Origin: a virus
DNA: 64,000 nucleotides
IMG/VR virus record: IMGVR_UViG_3300042010_000040
Coordinates: 28,348 to 92,347 of that record
Reading direction: 5' to 3' (one strand)
Numbering within the stretch: the first letter of the stretch is position 1; the number at the start of each line of letters is the position of its first letter. A model generated the notes under the pieces. The model was not told where the DNA came from and made no database searches. It saw only the letters and a list, made by a program, of their open reading frames with translations. The position numbers and the translations under genes were made by a program. Of this stretch, positions 36,287 to 45,716 are shown in pieces.

Positions 36287-37093
36287 TTGGGAGCAAAATT
36301 GCGCAACTTCGTAGTTAACGTCGATGGACAAGATGTTGAAGTCAATCGTAAATCCACTAGGAAGACTCGTAACGGAGGTTTGCCACAGGAACAGAAGGAG
36401 AAGTTTATAAGGGAAGCTGCTGCAAAGATTGAATACATTAAGAAGTTCGTACCAACACCGTCACAAGAGCAAGCAATTGAGATTGCACGCAATAACACAC
36501 TAAGTTGGATTGTTGGTGTGAGTGGTTCTGGTAAAAGTACCTGCATTCTTTGGGATTACTGCCAAGAATATCTTCGGGATAACACCAAAAAGATTTATGT
36601 AATCAAAGGTGCTACCGAAGTAAGTATGGATAAGATTGGATTCCTCCCTTTTGGTTTGGATGAAAAGATGTCTGCACATATGGTGGCTAATCGGAAGATT
36701 CTTGAAGATTTCCTTGGGGCTGAAAAGGTTGCAGCAGACTTGAACAAGCGAATCTTTCTTCTTCCGCCAAATTATCTGCTTGGACAGACGCTGGAAGGAC
36801 TCATTCTCATTGAGGAGGCTCAGCAATTACAGCCCAACGTTCTGAAGTTGATTCTTGAACGTACAGGTGCTCGGGGAAGTCGTGTTTGCGTGGTTGGTGA
36901 TGCTAGTCAACTCTACACAGATGCAAAAGAGGCTAAGTTGCGTAATGGTTTGACTGACGGACTCAAGCGATTCTTTAACGAAGACATGTCGCCTAAGTAT
37001 CCAGATGTTGGTCATTTTGAGTTTAATATTGAAGATGTACAGCGTTCAGAAATTGTGAAAACTATTCTGCGTGCGTATGCTGATTATCAGTAG
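36287..37093 (+). CDS. phoH: PhoH-family ATPase
   Basis: GVSGSGKS Walker A, IGFLP, IEEAQ, GD..Q and DVQRS motifs. Confidence 0.9.
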   Translation: MGAKLRNFVVNVDGQDVEVNRKSTRKTRNGGLPQEQKEKFIREAAAKIEYIKKFVPTPSQEQAIEIARNNTLSWIVGVSGSGKSTCILWDYCQEYLRDNTKKIYVIKGATEVSMDKIGFLPFGLDEKMSAHMVANRKILEDFLGAEKVAADLNKRIFLLPPNYLLGQTLEGLILIEEAQQLQPNVLKLILERTGARGSRVCVVGDASQLYTDAKEAKLRNGLTDGLKRFFNEDMSPKYPDVGHFEFNIEDVQRSEIVKTILRAYADYQ

Positions 37094-37100
37094 GAGGTTT

Positions 37101-37868
37101 ATGAAGGAAATTAATGGGGTGAGAGTTGCATACAATGCCATAGATTGGACAGGTCATAAAGTTGGAAGACTTGTTGTAAAGAATATTGAAGGCAGGCATG
37201 CAACTCGGAGGACTTTAGTGTGGAATGCTGAATGTTCTTGTGGTAACACCACTAAAGTTACATCAGCCGAGTTGTCAGCTAATGACACTCAATCTTGTGG
37301 ATGTCTGCACTTAGAAGTAATCGCTGCTACGAATAAGGCGTTTGCAGAGAAGTATCAAACGCATGGAATGGCAGGAACTGTGGAACAGAAGGCTTGGAAA
37401 AGGATTAAACAGAGATGTCTTAATCCTAATTCATTAGAATATGAAGTTTACTCTAAGATTGGAATCTCTGATTCATTTGCTGAGAGTTTCATGAACTTCT
37501 ATAATGATATTGGACCAGTGCCGAGTGACCTTGTAGGGAGGGTTTCTGTAGATAGAAAAGAAAATTCACTAGGATATGTTGAAGGCAATGTCCGCTGGGC
37601 CAATGATGAAATGCAGTCAAGAAACAAGGGGATGTACACCAGTAACAAAAGTGGCGTTAATGGAGTAAGGTTGCATATTGGGGCTGATGGCAAAGAGTAT
37701 TGGTGTGCTAGTTGGTATCCGATATCAGGTAAACAAAAGAGTAAATATTTCTCTATACCTAAATATGGAGATGAATTAGCTTTCTTCGCGGCTTGTGAAT
37801 ATCGAAGTTTGATGATTGAACGTTTAAATTTGTTGGGTGCAGGTTATGCCCATGACCACGGTAAATGA
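37101..37868 (+). CDS. HNH/AP2 homing endonuclease
   Basis: W..ECSCG, SCGC, SVDR..N..GY..GNVRWA and AP2-like C-terminus. Confidence 0.85.
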   Translation: MKEINGVRVAYNAIDWTGHKVGRLVVKNIEGRHATRRTLVWNAECSCGNTTKVTSAELSANDTQSCGCLHLEVIAATNKAFAEKYQTHGMAGTVEQKAWKRIKQRCLNPNSLEYEVYSKIGISDSFAESFMNFYNDIGPVPSDLVGRVSVDRKENSLGYVEGNVRWANDEMQSRNKGMYTSNKSGVNGVRLHIGADGKEYWCASWYPISGKQKSKYFSIPKYGDELAFFAACEYRSLMIERLNLLGAGYAHDHGK

Positions 37869-37879
37869 GGAGTAATAAT

Positions 37880-38641
37880 ATGAGCGAAGAAACTTTTATC
37901 CCGATGTTCCCACCAAAGAACATTTTCACAACTGAAGTACGCGGACAACAACATACATACTACCTCACTGGTCCTATTACAGAACCTGAAAATTATGTAG
38001 ACTTGTGCAATATCCTACGCTCTAGTGGGCCACAAGACGAAATTTTGATCAGAATAAATAGTTCAGGCGGGTCTGTAGCAACAGAGCGGATGATTTGTAA
38101 TGCAATCGAAGAGTCTGAAGCAAATGTTGTAGGTTTTATTGAATATGCCTGCATGTCAGCGGCTACGACTGTATTCTTGGCATGTAAACAGCATGGCTGG
38201 GGTCCACACATCCAGTTCATGATTCATTGCGCGTGGTGGAGCTCTTATGGAAAAACTCCCGATATTAAGAGCCATACAGAGTTTGCTCACAAACAGATGG
38301 AAGAGGAAATTATTGCTACGTACAGCGGCCTGTTGGATGAATCAGAGCTAAAAGCATGTAATGATGGGAAAGAGTTCTGGTTTGGTGCAAAAGAGCTTGA
38401 ACAGCGCATGAAAAACTTTTATGAGTACCGAGATTCTCAACCCTGTGGTTGTGGCTCGCCTGACTGTGAAATCAATGCACGGCTTGCCGAGGAAGACGAA
38501 GAAGAGCCTGAATTTTCTTTGGAAGATATCATCGAAAAAGCTGTGCAGGCTGGTGTAACCAAAGCTCTAGCTGCTCGTGATGCAAAAGAAAAGAAAGCAG
38601 CACGACCTAAGAAACCAGAAGGCGGAGCTGTTTTGAAATAA
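37880..38641 (+). CDS. ClpP-like protease proteolytic subunit
   Basis: INSSGGSV, CMSAAT (Ser) and FMIH (His). Confidence 0.8.
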   Translation: MSEETFIPMFPPKNIFTTEVRGQQHTYYLTGPITEPENYVDLCNILRSSGPQDEILIRINSSGGSVATERMICNAIEESEANVVGFIEYACMSAATTVFLACKQHGWGPHIQFMIHCAWWSSYGKTPDIKSHTEFAHKQMEEEIIATYSGLLDESELKACNDGKEFWFGAKELEQRMKNFYEYRDSQPCGCGSPDCEINARLAEEDEEEPEFSLEDIIEKAVQAGVTKALAARDAKEKKAARPKKPEGGAVLK

Positions 38642-38645
38642 CTTG

Positions 38646-38674
38646 TTGACAACGCATGTGGAGGGCTTTAAACT
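38646..38674 (+). promoter_or_regulatory. sigma70 promoter
   Basis: TTGACA-17-TAAACT. Confidence 0.65.
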
Positions 38675-38710
38675 AGACTCCACTAACCCAAACACAAAGG
38701 AGATAATAAG

Positions 38711-38806
38711 ATGATCAGCACACAGGAAATCGAGGAACTCATCGCAGAACAACAAGCTGACCTTGCTGCACAGGAAAAGTCAGAGAATTCTGAGGAGGAA
38801 GAATGA
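38711..38806 (+). CDS. Acidic micro-protein (31 aa)
   Basis: AAGGAG SD just after the promoter. Confidence 0.5.
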   Translation: MISTQEIEELIAEQQADLAAQEKSENSEEEE

Positions 38807-38925
38807 ACTACTTTGACCAATTACACGAAGTTCCAGACGAAGACGAACACCTAGAACCAGAATTCAATATTGACCCTTATTGGAATTTAGAATTTGATCT
38901 GCACTACGCACAAGGAGAAATGTAA
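38803..38925 (+). CDS. Acidic micro-protein (40 aa)
   Basis: GAGGAGG SD; ATGA overlap. Confidence 0.5.
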   Translation: MNYFDQLHEVPDEDEHLEPEFNIDPYWNLEFDLHYAQGEM

Positions 38926-39209
38926 TGATAAACGATGTTTTTGAATGTGTTAATACTAAAGTGCGCAAAGAACTACAAGGTATCTATAAAGCGTACAATG
39001 TTGTACATGGAACAGTAACCGCAAAGGCAGAAAATAAAATGATCGTCTATAGCGTCGTTAAGTTGGACTTCGGCCACAAAACAAATGTTGGTGTATTTGA
39101 CACACAAGATAAAGCTAAGGCTTATCAGTCGAGTCTTGAGTTAGAGTTATTTGATAATAGCAATCTTTGTGGTATTAGTTTTGAGATTGAGGAGTGTGTA
39201 GTAGTATGA
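38925..39209 (+). CDS. Hypothetical protein
   Basis: AAGGAG SD; coupled. Confidence 0.6.
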   Translation: MINDVFECVNTKVRKELQGIYKAYNVVHGTVTAKAENKMIVYSVVKLDFGHKTNVGVFDTQDKAKAYQSSLELELFDNSNLCGISFEIEECVVV

Positions 39210-39343
39210 ATTACGAACATGATCAGGTAGAAGGCTTGGAGTCATCTTTGGAACATTGGATTTTGTCGGACGAACAAGATATGCGTGAAACATTTGGGGA
39301 TGATCTGGTGATTGCAGTCAAGGAGGCTTTAGTAGATGACTGA
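39206..39343 (+). CDS. Acidic micro-protein (45 aa)
   Basis: GAGGAG SD; ATGA overlap. Confidence 0.5.
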   Translation: MNYEHDQVEGLESSLEHWILSDEQDMRETFGDDLVIAVKEALVDD

Positions 39344-39455
39344 TTATGATCGCTGGTTGGAAGAGGGTGATTATTACTTAGATGAACTCTACGAACCGAA
39401 AGATAAATATGACGATTATGAGCCAAATGATTACCCTGATGAGGATTGTGATTAA
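39336..39455 (+). CDS. Asp/Tyr-rich micro-protein (39 aa)
   Basis: AGGAGG SD; fills the gap to the next ORF exactly. Confidence 0.5.
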   Translation: MTDYDRWLEEGDYYLDELYEPKDKYDDYEPNDYPDEDCD

Positions 39456-39664
39456 TGGAAGAACCCCTAGGTCCACTTTGTGGGAAAGTAATTAAAATCA
39501 TCCCTCACATACCCTACTACCTAGCTGACGGAAACGTTGTTCTAAAGAAGTGGAAGGAAGGTTTTGTAGACCGAATGGGGAATAAGGCAGAGCTTACGAA
39601 AGTGTTGTTTAGGACGAAGAAGAATAAAGAGAATGTTGTAGTTATTAGGGTTAGGTGGGAGTAG
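39455..39664 (+). CDS. Hypothetical protein
   Basis: GAGGA SD; coupled. Confidence 0.55.
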   Translation: MEEPLGPLCGKVIKIIPHIPYYLADGNVVLKKWKEGFVDRMGNKAELTKVLFRTKKNKENVVVIRVRWE

Positions 39665-39669
39665 AGAAG

Positions 39670-39951
39670 ATGACTGAGAAGAAAGAGATTAAAGTTTCTA
39701 CAGTTACATACGAACAATATATTGACTATGAGTATGTCGATGTCGCTAATTATTTTATTGTCTCTGCACTTCAGGAGTACATTTATTTTCATACGAATGA
39801 TAGAATGCTAGCTCAGTCAAAATGTAATGAGATTTTTGGGGTTGGTAAGTACACAGTAAAATCCTCCAAAATTACTAAGAGTAAGTCTAGACTAGAATCA
39901 GGAAATTTATCAGCTACAGGAACTAGTACCAGACGGGGGCAGTCTAAATGA
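39670..39951 (+). CDS. Hypothetical protein
   Basis: GGAG SD. Confidence 0.6.
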   Translation: MTEKKEIKVSTVTYEQYIDYEYVDVANYFIVSALQEYIYFHTNDRMLAQSKCNEIFGVGKYTVKSSKITKSKSRLESGNLSATGTSTRRGQSK

Positions 39952-40436
39952 AGTCCAAACACATCCAAATGTACATGAACATCGCACAAGTATTGGCAGA
40001 CACTTCAAGTGGTGTTAGACTCAAAGTAGGTGCGGTATTGGTAAGAGATAATAATATTCTTTCAACGGGATACAATGCTTTGCCCGCTGCTATTGATGGC
40101 CCACTAGAAGATAAAGTTTATAGTATGGGAGCAGGTGGTTGGATGGATGCGGACTCTTTTAAAGAAACCTATCCATATGAAGATGAGTTTGGCTATTATA
40201 AACTTGTTACCAAACCGGAGACACGTCATGCTGAACGCAGTGTGCTTATGAACCTGTGCAAAACTAATGAGTCTGCTGTAGGTGCGAGCCTCTTCGTCAC
40301 CGACGGATGTTGTAAATTCTGTGCAATTGATATTGTGGATGCTGGTATAACTGAGGTATACTACAAAAACGAATACAGGGACACGTCTGGAATAGAATAT
40401 CTAGAATCACAAGGTGTTAAAGTAATTAAAATTTAA
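39948..40436 (+). CDS. dCMP deaminase
   Basis: KVGAVLV, TGYN, HAE and CCKFC zinc motifs. Confidence 0.9.
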   Translation: MKSKHIQMYMNIAQVLADTSSGVRLKVGAVLVRDNNILSTGYNALPAAIDGPLEDKVYSMGAGGWMDADSFKETYPYEDEFGYYKLVTKPETRHAERSVLMNLCKTNESAVGASLFVTDGCCKFCAIDIVDAGITEVYYKNEYRDTSGIEYLESQGVKVIKI

Positions 40437-40447
40437 AGGAGAACAAA

Positions 40448-40873
40448 ATGCACACTAAATCTTCAAGTTGGCAAGACGATGAAATTATTGACACCAAGAA
40501 ACTCCAATTCTTTTCATTATGTCAAGTGATGAAGGCACTGGGTTATGAATACGTAGAATATTGCTCTTGTCCTTCTAGGTTTGAGAGCAAGCATTGGTCA
40601 AACAAAGGTCGTAAAGTGGTTAGCGTGTCCAACGCCATCCGCTTGCATAACGGTGATAATATCAAGTGTATTTTTGGTAGGCCACCAAGTAAATTGACTA
40701 TTCTCTCCTTCAATGACTATACGATTGCTAACGCAAAAGCTGCACGAGTGGTAAAGAAGGTCAAATTGCAATTCTGTCGACAGACAAACCAATTAATTTG
40801 TCAGGACCACCGTGTTCAGTTTGTATATGGAAGTTACTCTTATTTGTTTCTGAACAACAAGTACTCGGGGTGA
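40448..40873 (+). CDS. Hypothetical protein
   Basis: AAGGAG SD. Confidence 0.65.
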   Translation: MHTKSSSWQDDEIIDTKKLQFFSLCQVMKALGYEYVEYCSCPSRFESKHWSNKGRKVVSVSNAIRLHNGDNIKCIFGRPPSKLTILSFNDYTIANAKAARVVKKVKLQFCRQTNQLICQDHRVQFVYGSYSYLFLNNKYSG

Positions 40874-40876
40874 TGT

Positions 40877-41068
40877 ATGAGCAACAGAACCATCGCGTTG
40901 CTTTTTAGTAACTCACATTGGATGTGGTCTGAAGATTATCATTTCGGTAATCACAAACACCTTGGAGAGTTCGTTGAAGTATATTTTGCTAAAGGCTTCT
41001 CTGATCGTGAGGTTGATGAAGTGATTCGGGACTATTACTCTGATAATATTGAACATCTTTTTGACTAA
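40877..41068 (+). CDS. Hypothetical protein
   Basis: Operon packing; followed by a terminator. Confidence 0.55.
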   Translation: MSNRTIALLFSNSHWMWSEDYHFGNHKHLGEFVEVYFAKGFSDREVDEVIRDYYSDNIEHLFD

Positions 41069-41074
41069 TTCTAA

Positions 41075-41106
41075 AGCTCGGGACTTGACTGTCTCGGGCT
41101 TTTCTT
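41075..41106 (+). terminator. Intrinsic terminator
   Basis: AGCTCGGGAC/GTCTCGGGCT stem plus TTTCTT. Confidence 0.6.
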
Positions 41107-41125
41107 ATAAACTTAGGAAATCAAA

Positions 41126-41317
41126 ATGAGAAAATTTGAAGGTTTATCTGATTTCTTTAGAAACGCAACAGATGAAGAGAAACAAGAAGTTTATTCAGAA
41201 GTTATTGAGAAAGCTAACCAAGAACAACTTAAAGTAATTGAAAAGGCAAAGGAGATTGAGCTTGACAAAGAAACAGCTACACCGACAATTGCAACTGCTC
41301 CACAAAGACCTGACTAA
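41126..41317 (+). CDS. Small helical hypothetical protein
   Basis: AGGA SD; SDFFRNA..EEK..VY motif. Confidence 0.6.
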   Translation: MRKFEGLSDFFRNATDEEKQEVYSEVIEKANQEQLKVIEKAKEIELDKETATPTIATAPQRPD

Positions 41318-41497
41318 AGTAGAACTTAGGATGGAAAAGATATCTGATAAATTAGGTATCGACAGAGGACATGAATGGGTTGAGAGAACTCTTTGAGAAG
41401 TAGAGGAGCTTATTAAGATGTTTGACTCATCTTGTCCTGATTGTGGCCTAACTGGTCAACATAAGATGTCGTGTGATACGTAATACGAGGATGAACA

Positions 41498-41692
41498 ATG
41501 AACTTAGTTAAACAAAGGATTAAATGGGAGTATGAATATGCTTTCGGTAAGCCTGTAGAATTCCAAGCATTCTTGGATTATAAGAAGTATAGACACACAG
41601 AAGACTTTAGACTTAATTCAGGGCTGGAAGAATATTTTGAATATGTTATATCACTTGAAAACAAAATAGCTGAGCTTACTAGCTCAAGGTAG
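41498..41692 (+). CDS. Hypothetical protein
   Basis: GAGGA SD. Confidence 0.6.
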   Translation: MNLVKQRIKWEYEYAFGKPVEFQAFLDYKKYRHTEDFRLNSGLEEYFEYVISLENKIAELTSSR

Positions 41693-41724
41693 CTCTATCG
41701 AGCCCTAAACATAGGTAGAAGGAA

Positions 41725-42009
41725 ATGAAAACTTCCGTAATTAGTATTCTTGTATTTACAACGCTTCTCACAGGCTGTACACTCACACCTGTAAAGCAGA
41801 CCAATAGTGTCATCGTAGGTCCCGGAACATTCTATGCTAAATGGCAGAAGCAAGTGTTGAATGCTTGTTCTGATAAAGCAGCAGAAGTTGTTCTAAAACT
41901 CACGGCTGATAAATACAGGGAAGGAATTCTATTAACGGAAGAGCAGATTGTTATGATTCATGGGATGTTGGTTAGGAAGTGTTCTATGAATAGTGGGTTG
42001 GTTATATAA
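41725..42009 (+). CDS. Putative lipoprotein
   Basis: Signal peptide with LTGC lipobox. Confidence 0.6.
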   Translation: MKTSVISILVFTTLLTGCTLTPVKQTNSVIVGPGTFYAKWQKQVLNACSDKAAEVVLKLTADKYREGILLTEEQIVMIHGMLVRKCSMNSGLVI

Positions 42010-42165
42010 TTGGAGAGAAATATGAGTAAGAATGAAAGATGGTTCTTTGGGTTTGTTACCCTGTGGATTGTACTATGTGCAGGGAAGCCTGATTTGATCG
42101 ATGCACTCACTGTACGTGTTATGGGTGATCAAGCTGTTTACGAAAAAATGAAAGGAGAGTAGCAG

Positions 42166-42513
42166 ATGATTAGTAATTTGACACCACTAACAGATGAACA
42201 GAAGCAATTGGCACAGGTAGCCCGTCGAGAGAAGATTCTTGATGGTGAATCCCTACGACACGGTTGGATGGACGGGCAACACTGGCGTGATTTGGCTAAA
42301 AAGATGAACACCCGCCTTCCACAATCCTATCAGCCAGCTACTCAGACCAAATACATTCGAAAAGTAGCAAAGAAAGTTGGTGTGGATATTAAAGAGTGGA
42401 TTGAGAGTACCGGATGTGCTAATCTTACTGAAATTAACAATTTAAACCCAAATATCCCAGCATATGCCATGACAGGTTGGATGTTGGAATGGATTGACGA
42501 GTTTAAGAGCTAA
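42166..42513 (+). CDS. Hypothetical protein
   Basis: AAGGAG SD. Confidence 0.65.
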   Translation: MISNLTPLTDEQKQLAQVARREKILDGESLRHGWMDGQHWRDLAKKMNTRLPQSYQPATQTKYIRKVAKKVGVDIKEWIESTGCANLTEINNLNPNIPAYAMTGWMLEWIDEFKS

Positions 42514-42589
42514 TTTAGGTGCTTTTCCTGCATAAAATTTATAGAAAGTGCTTAAAACAGCCTATATTCAACACAGTGTGAGGATGGTC

Positions 42590-42618
42590 TTGACGTGTTG
42601 TAAAACACCGTATAAAAT
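42590..42618 (+). promoter_or_regulatory. sigma70 promoter
   Basis: TTGACG-17-TAAAAT. Confidence 0.6.
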
Positions 42619-42645
42619 ATGCAGGAAATCACTTTGGAGATTATC

Positions 42646-43107
42646 ATGATTAAAAGAATCTTAGCTCTCAGGTATGTATGCAAGAAATATGACTTAAAAT
42701 ACCACCTGAAATTCTTCGGCGACGAAGGGTGGCTTGCACCTGAAGAGAAGATTATCTGTGTCAGTTTGTTCCAAAAGCACTTCTATGAAACACTTTATCA
42801 TGAAATAGGGCACATGGTTGCAGAAAGGAGCCTAGGTTTTAAGCGGAAATATTTTAAAGCAAGGTGGTTTAGTCGTCTTCAGTTCGGTGACTATTATGAT
42901 GTGTTTGTAAGAATTGAGGAAGAAGCTAAAGCTAGTAAATTCGCTATGAGAGTGCTTAAGACTAAGGACAGGACTTATCTGAAGAACTCTTGGCATACAT
43001 ACACATCAACTGTTGCTCGGTTGATTCGTTCTGATGAGCTTGATGTTTATGTAAAAACAGTTGCAAAATATAGTGGATACTTTGAAAACAAATTGGAGAT
43101 TAAATAA
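42646..43107 (+). CDS. HEXXH metallopeptidase-like protein (ImmA/IrrE-like)
   Basis: LYHEIGH and EEEAKASKFA; GGAG SD before ATG 42646. Confidence 0.6.
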   Translation: MIKRILALRYVCKKYDLKYHLKFFGDEGWLAPEEKIICVSLFQKHFYETLYHEIGHMVAERSLGFKRKYFKARWFSRLQFGDYYDVFVRIEEEAKASKFAMRVLKTKDRTYLKNSWHTYTSTVARLIRSDELDVYVKTVAKYSGYFENKLEIK

Positions 43108-43108
43108 A

Positions 43109-43363
43109 ATGTTAGTTCTTATATATCTTATCGTTTCACTTATATTCGTATACATCAATGCTACAGCCTGTTATATTAGAGGAATGAAATATCCTTGGAG
43201 ACAAGATATTCCTCTGTGTCTTATCTGGCCTGTGGTTGTTCCCGTATGGATTATAAATCTGATTAATTCAGATGATCCTGAATGCTCACAATGTCATAAC
43301 AAAGCTTCTATTGGGCATAAAATGTCTTGTGGAAAGCGTTATAATAGGAAGAATAAACAATGA
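43109..43363 (+). CDS. Membrane protein with C-terminal Zn-finger-like motif
   Basis: Two hydrophobic segments; CSQC...HKMSC. Confidence 0.55.
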   Translation: MLVLIYLIVSLIFVYINATACYIRGMKYPWRQDIPLCLIWPVVVPVWIINLINSDDPECSQCHNKASIGHKMSCGKRYNRKNKQ

Positions 43364-43551
43364 TCATGGAGCATTCCTATGACAGAGAAGTGATCAAAGA
43401 CTTCATCCGCTGGATTAGCGATACGCATAAGTGCGCTGTCGTGAGCTTTCCGAATGAATTTGCAGCTAATAGTTATGTCAACTATCGTTTTGTCAATGTT
43501 TCAGAACTAGTGGAAGAGTTTATTGAAGGTGAAAAGCATGCAAATAATTAG
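43360..43551 (+). CDS. Hypothetical protein
   Basis: Coupled ORF. Confidence 0.55.
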   Translation: MIMEHSYDREVIKDFIRWISDTHKCAVVSFPNEFAANSYVNYRFVNVSELVEEFIEGEKHANN

Positions 43552-43915
43552 ATTAGATGAAAAAGGTCAGCAGATTAAACCTTGGCTAGCTACAGAAAGT
43601 ATTGTAATAACCAAAAAAGAAACAAACGTGAAAGTAGTAGAACGAAATAAGACTGTCGGATTCTTTGAGCGACTTTTCTTGCGCAAACATTACTCTAAAA
43701 TTATCGACAGTTGGGTAGAATCTGACAAAGGAACTTATCGTATTGGTGTAACTGAAGAATACGACGGATTGTTCTCTGGAAAAGTTAGAAGGAATACCTA
43801 CCACATGTCTTGTTTTCCGGGTGGTGACGACTATGCTTGGTATACAAAAGATTTGAATGAAGCTAAAGACAAATGTATCGAAGTGTTATGGAGGGCAACA
43901 AATGAATTGGTTTAA
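43538..43915 (+). CDS. Hypothetical protein
   Basis: Coupled ORF. Confidence 0.6.
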   Translation: MQIIRLDEKGQQIKPWLATESIVITKKETNVKVVERNKTVGFFERLFLRKHYSKIIDSWVESDKGTYRIGVTEEYDGLFSGKVRRNTYHMSCFPGGDDYAWYTKDLNEAKDKCIEVLWRATNELV

Positions 43916-44423
43916 GCGTATTTTCTGTGGTCAGGAAGAGTTCGGTGGTTATGTGGATCAGTGGGGGCTGCCTTCCGTGAAGAATCTTGTGCCGATACCT
44001 AAAGTGAAACCACCGAAACCCGATAAGGATATCTCTGAGCCTGTATTGTCGTTTGTCAAATGTGTTCAGGAAAACCCTAAGAGGTTTAAAGTGACCTATG
44101 ATTTTGAGTATTATGGGTGTGAAGTTAATAATGGTGTTGTGGGGATAAGTAAGAAGCCAACCACCTATAATTACTCGTTGGTAGACGTAATGACAGGGGA
44201 GAGTTGGTCTTTAACAAAAGAGATGTTATTTACCAGTTGCCGACAGGAGCGAAAACACACTTATAATCCAGAATGGTTGACAGCAGACGAAACAGAATAT
44301 TTGATTGATTCTGTCAAGACAATCTTCCAGAGTCGTAAAGATCGTAAGGCTAAGCTTCAACAAATTCGTAAAGAACGTCGTATTCGTGATGAGCGCAACC
44401 GTTTGAAGGAGATTTATAAATGA
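43902..44423 (+). CDS. Hypothetical protein
   Basis: GGAGG SD before ATG 43902. Confidence 0.65.
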   Translation: MNWFKRIFCGQEEFGGYVDQWGLPSVKNLVPIPKVKPPKPDKDISEPVLSFVKCVQENPKRFKVTYDFEYYGCEVNNGVVGISKKPTTYNYSLVDVMTGESWSLTKEMLFTSCRQERKHTYNPEWLTADETEYLIDSVKTIFQSRKDRKAKLQQIRKERRIRDERNRLKEIYK

Positions 44424-44650
44424 ATAATGATTTAGAGCGTGCAGTTTATAATATACTATGGGTTTGGTATCAATATAATTATACACATAAGAGCACAGAA
44501 GACTACTTCAGTCATGCTTGTATGGGTGCTGGAGAAAATGCAGCATTGTTTCTTGAACGGTTGGGCTATGGGCACGATGATGGTTGGGGGTTTGTACCTA
44601 ATCAGAGAGCAAAAGACTTGATGGCTAATGAACTGGAGATGGAAGAATGA
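44420..44650 (+). CDS. Hypothetical protein
   Basis: AAGGAG SD; ATGA overlaps at both ends. Confidence 0.6.
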   Translation: MNNDLERAVYNILWVWYQYNYTHKSTEDYFSHACMGAGENAALFLERLGYGHDDGWGFVPNQRAKDLMANELEMEE

Positions 44651-45483
44651 GCATTCAAATGCAAAACCAAACAATCATGTTGGGGAACCAATCCATATAC
44701 GTTTCGATTAAGCCGGGGAAGGGTGGTACTATTCCTCTGTTGATCATGAATGGCATTGGAGCGAATACAACTTTACTGACTCCTTTTGTCGAAGCTATGC
44801 ATGAAGCGAATCCTGATATCGAGATCATTACTTTCGATGTGCCCGGTTGTGGAGGTAGCTCTACTCCAAGTATACCGTACAGGTTTAGTGGTTTGGCTAG
44901 AACAGTAAGTCAGATGCTTGATTATCTTAACTATGCACAAGTTGATGTACTCGGTTTAAGTTGGGGTGGATTTTTGGCGTCCCAGTTTGCATATGACCAC
45001 CCTCAGCGCGGCAATAAACTAATTTTGTGTGCTACAGCAACAGGAGTTACATCCATCCCGCCAAGTTTGAAAGTACTTTCTCTGATGGCTTCTCCTAGAC
45101 GCTATACTGATTCGGCCTATATGATTGAAGTTGCACCTCTGATCTACGGTGGAAAATTCCAAACAGATCCTGAGCTAGCAATTAAGTATGCACAGAAGAT
45201 GGAAGCTAATAGGTCTGAAAATAAAGCTAACGCCACTGGATACAAGTTTCAACAGCTAGCAATTTGTTGGTGGAGCAGTTTGTGGATGCTTCCTTACATT
45301 AAACAGCCTACACTTTTGATTGGTGGTAGCGATGATCCAATCATTCCGTTGGTGAATATGAAGATTATGAAAGGGCTTATTCCTAATTCTAAACTTCATG
45401 TGGTGGATGATGGTCACCTTTTCCTTCTTTGTTCAACGGATGTTGTAACACCTATTATTAACGAGTTTTTGGAGAGTAAATAA
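44647..45483 (+). CDS. phaZ: Intracellular mcl-poly(3-hydroxyalkanoate) depolymerase (alpha/beta hydrolase)
   Basis: PLLIMNGIGAN, FDVPG.GGSSTP..PYRF, MLDYL.Y, GLSWGG lipase box, MASPRRY, DDPIIPLVNM and DDGHLFL match Pseudomonas PhaZ motifs along the whole length. Confidence 0.88.
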   Translation: MSIQMQNQTIMLGNQSIYVSIKPGKGGTIPLLIMNGIGANTTLLTPFVEAMHEANPDIEIITFDVPGCGGSSTPSIPYRFSGLARTVSQMLDYLNYAQVDVLGLSWGGFLASQFAYDHPQRGNKLILCATATGVTSIPPSLKVLSLMASPRRYTDSAYMIEVAPLIYGGKFQTDPELAIKYAQKMEANRSENKANATGYKFQQLAICWWSSLWMLPYIKQPTLLIGGSDDPIIPLVNMKIMKGLIPNSKLHVVDDGHLFLLCSTDVVTPIINEFLESK

Positions 45484-45716
45484 TGAAACTAGAGCCTCCT
45501 AAACCACCGCCAAGGCGTTGTATGCAAGGCTACACTTGGGTAAATGAGTGGGAACTTGTGGATTGGTACACTGATATGGGTAAGCTTTATGATAAGCGCA
45601 GTATCTATGAAGACCGCTGGGGTTGGTTCTTCAATCTGTTTAAGAGAGTCTATCAAATTAAGCTTGAAAAGAGTCTTATGAAGAATCGAATGGTGTGTAC
45701 GGAGTGGCCTAGATGA
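45483..45716 (+). CDS. Hypothetical protein
   Basis: GGAG SD; coupled. Confidence 0.55.
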   Translation: MKLEPPKPPPRRCMQGYTWVNEWELVDWYTDMGKLYDKRSIYEDRWGWFFNLFKRVYQIKLEKSLMKNRMVCTEWPR

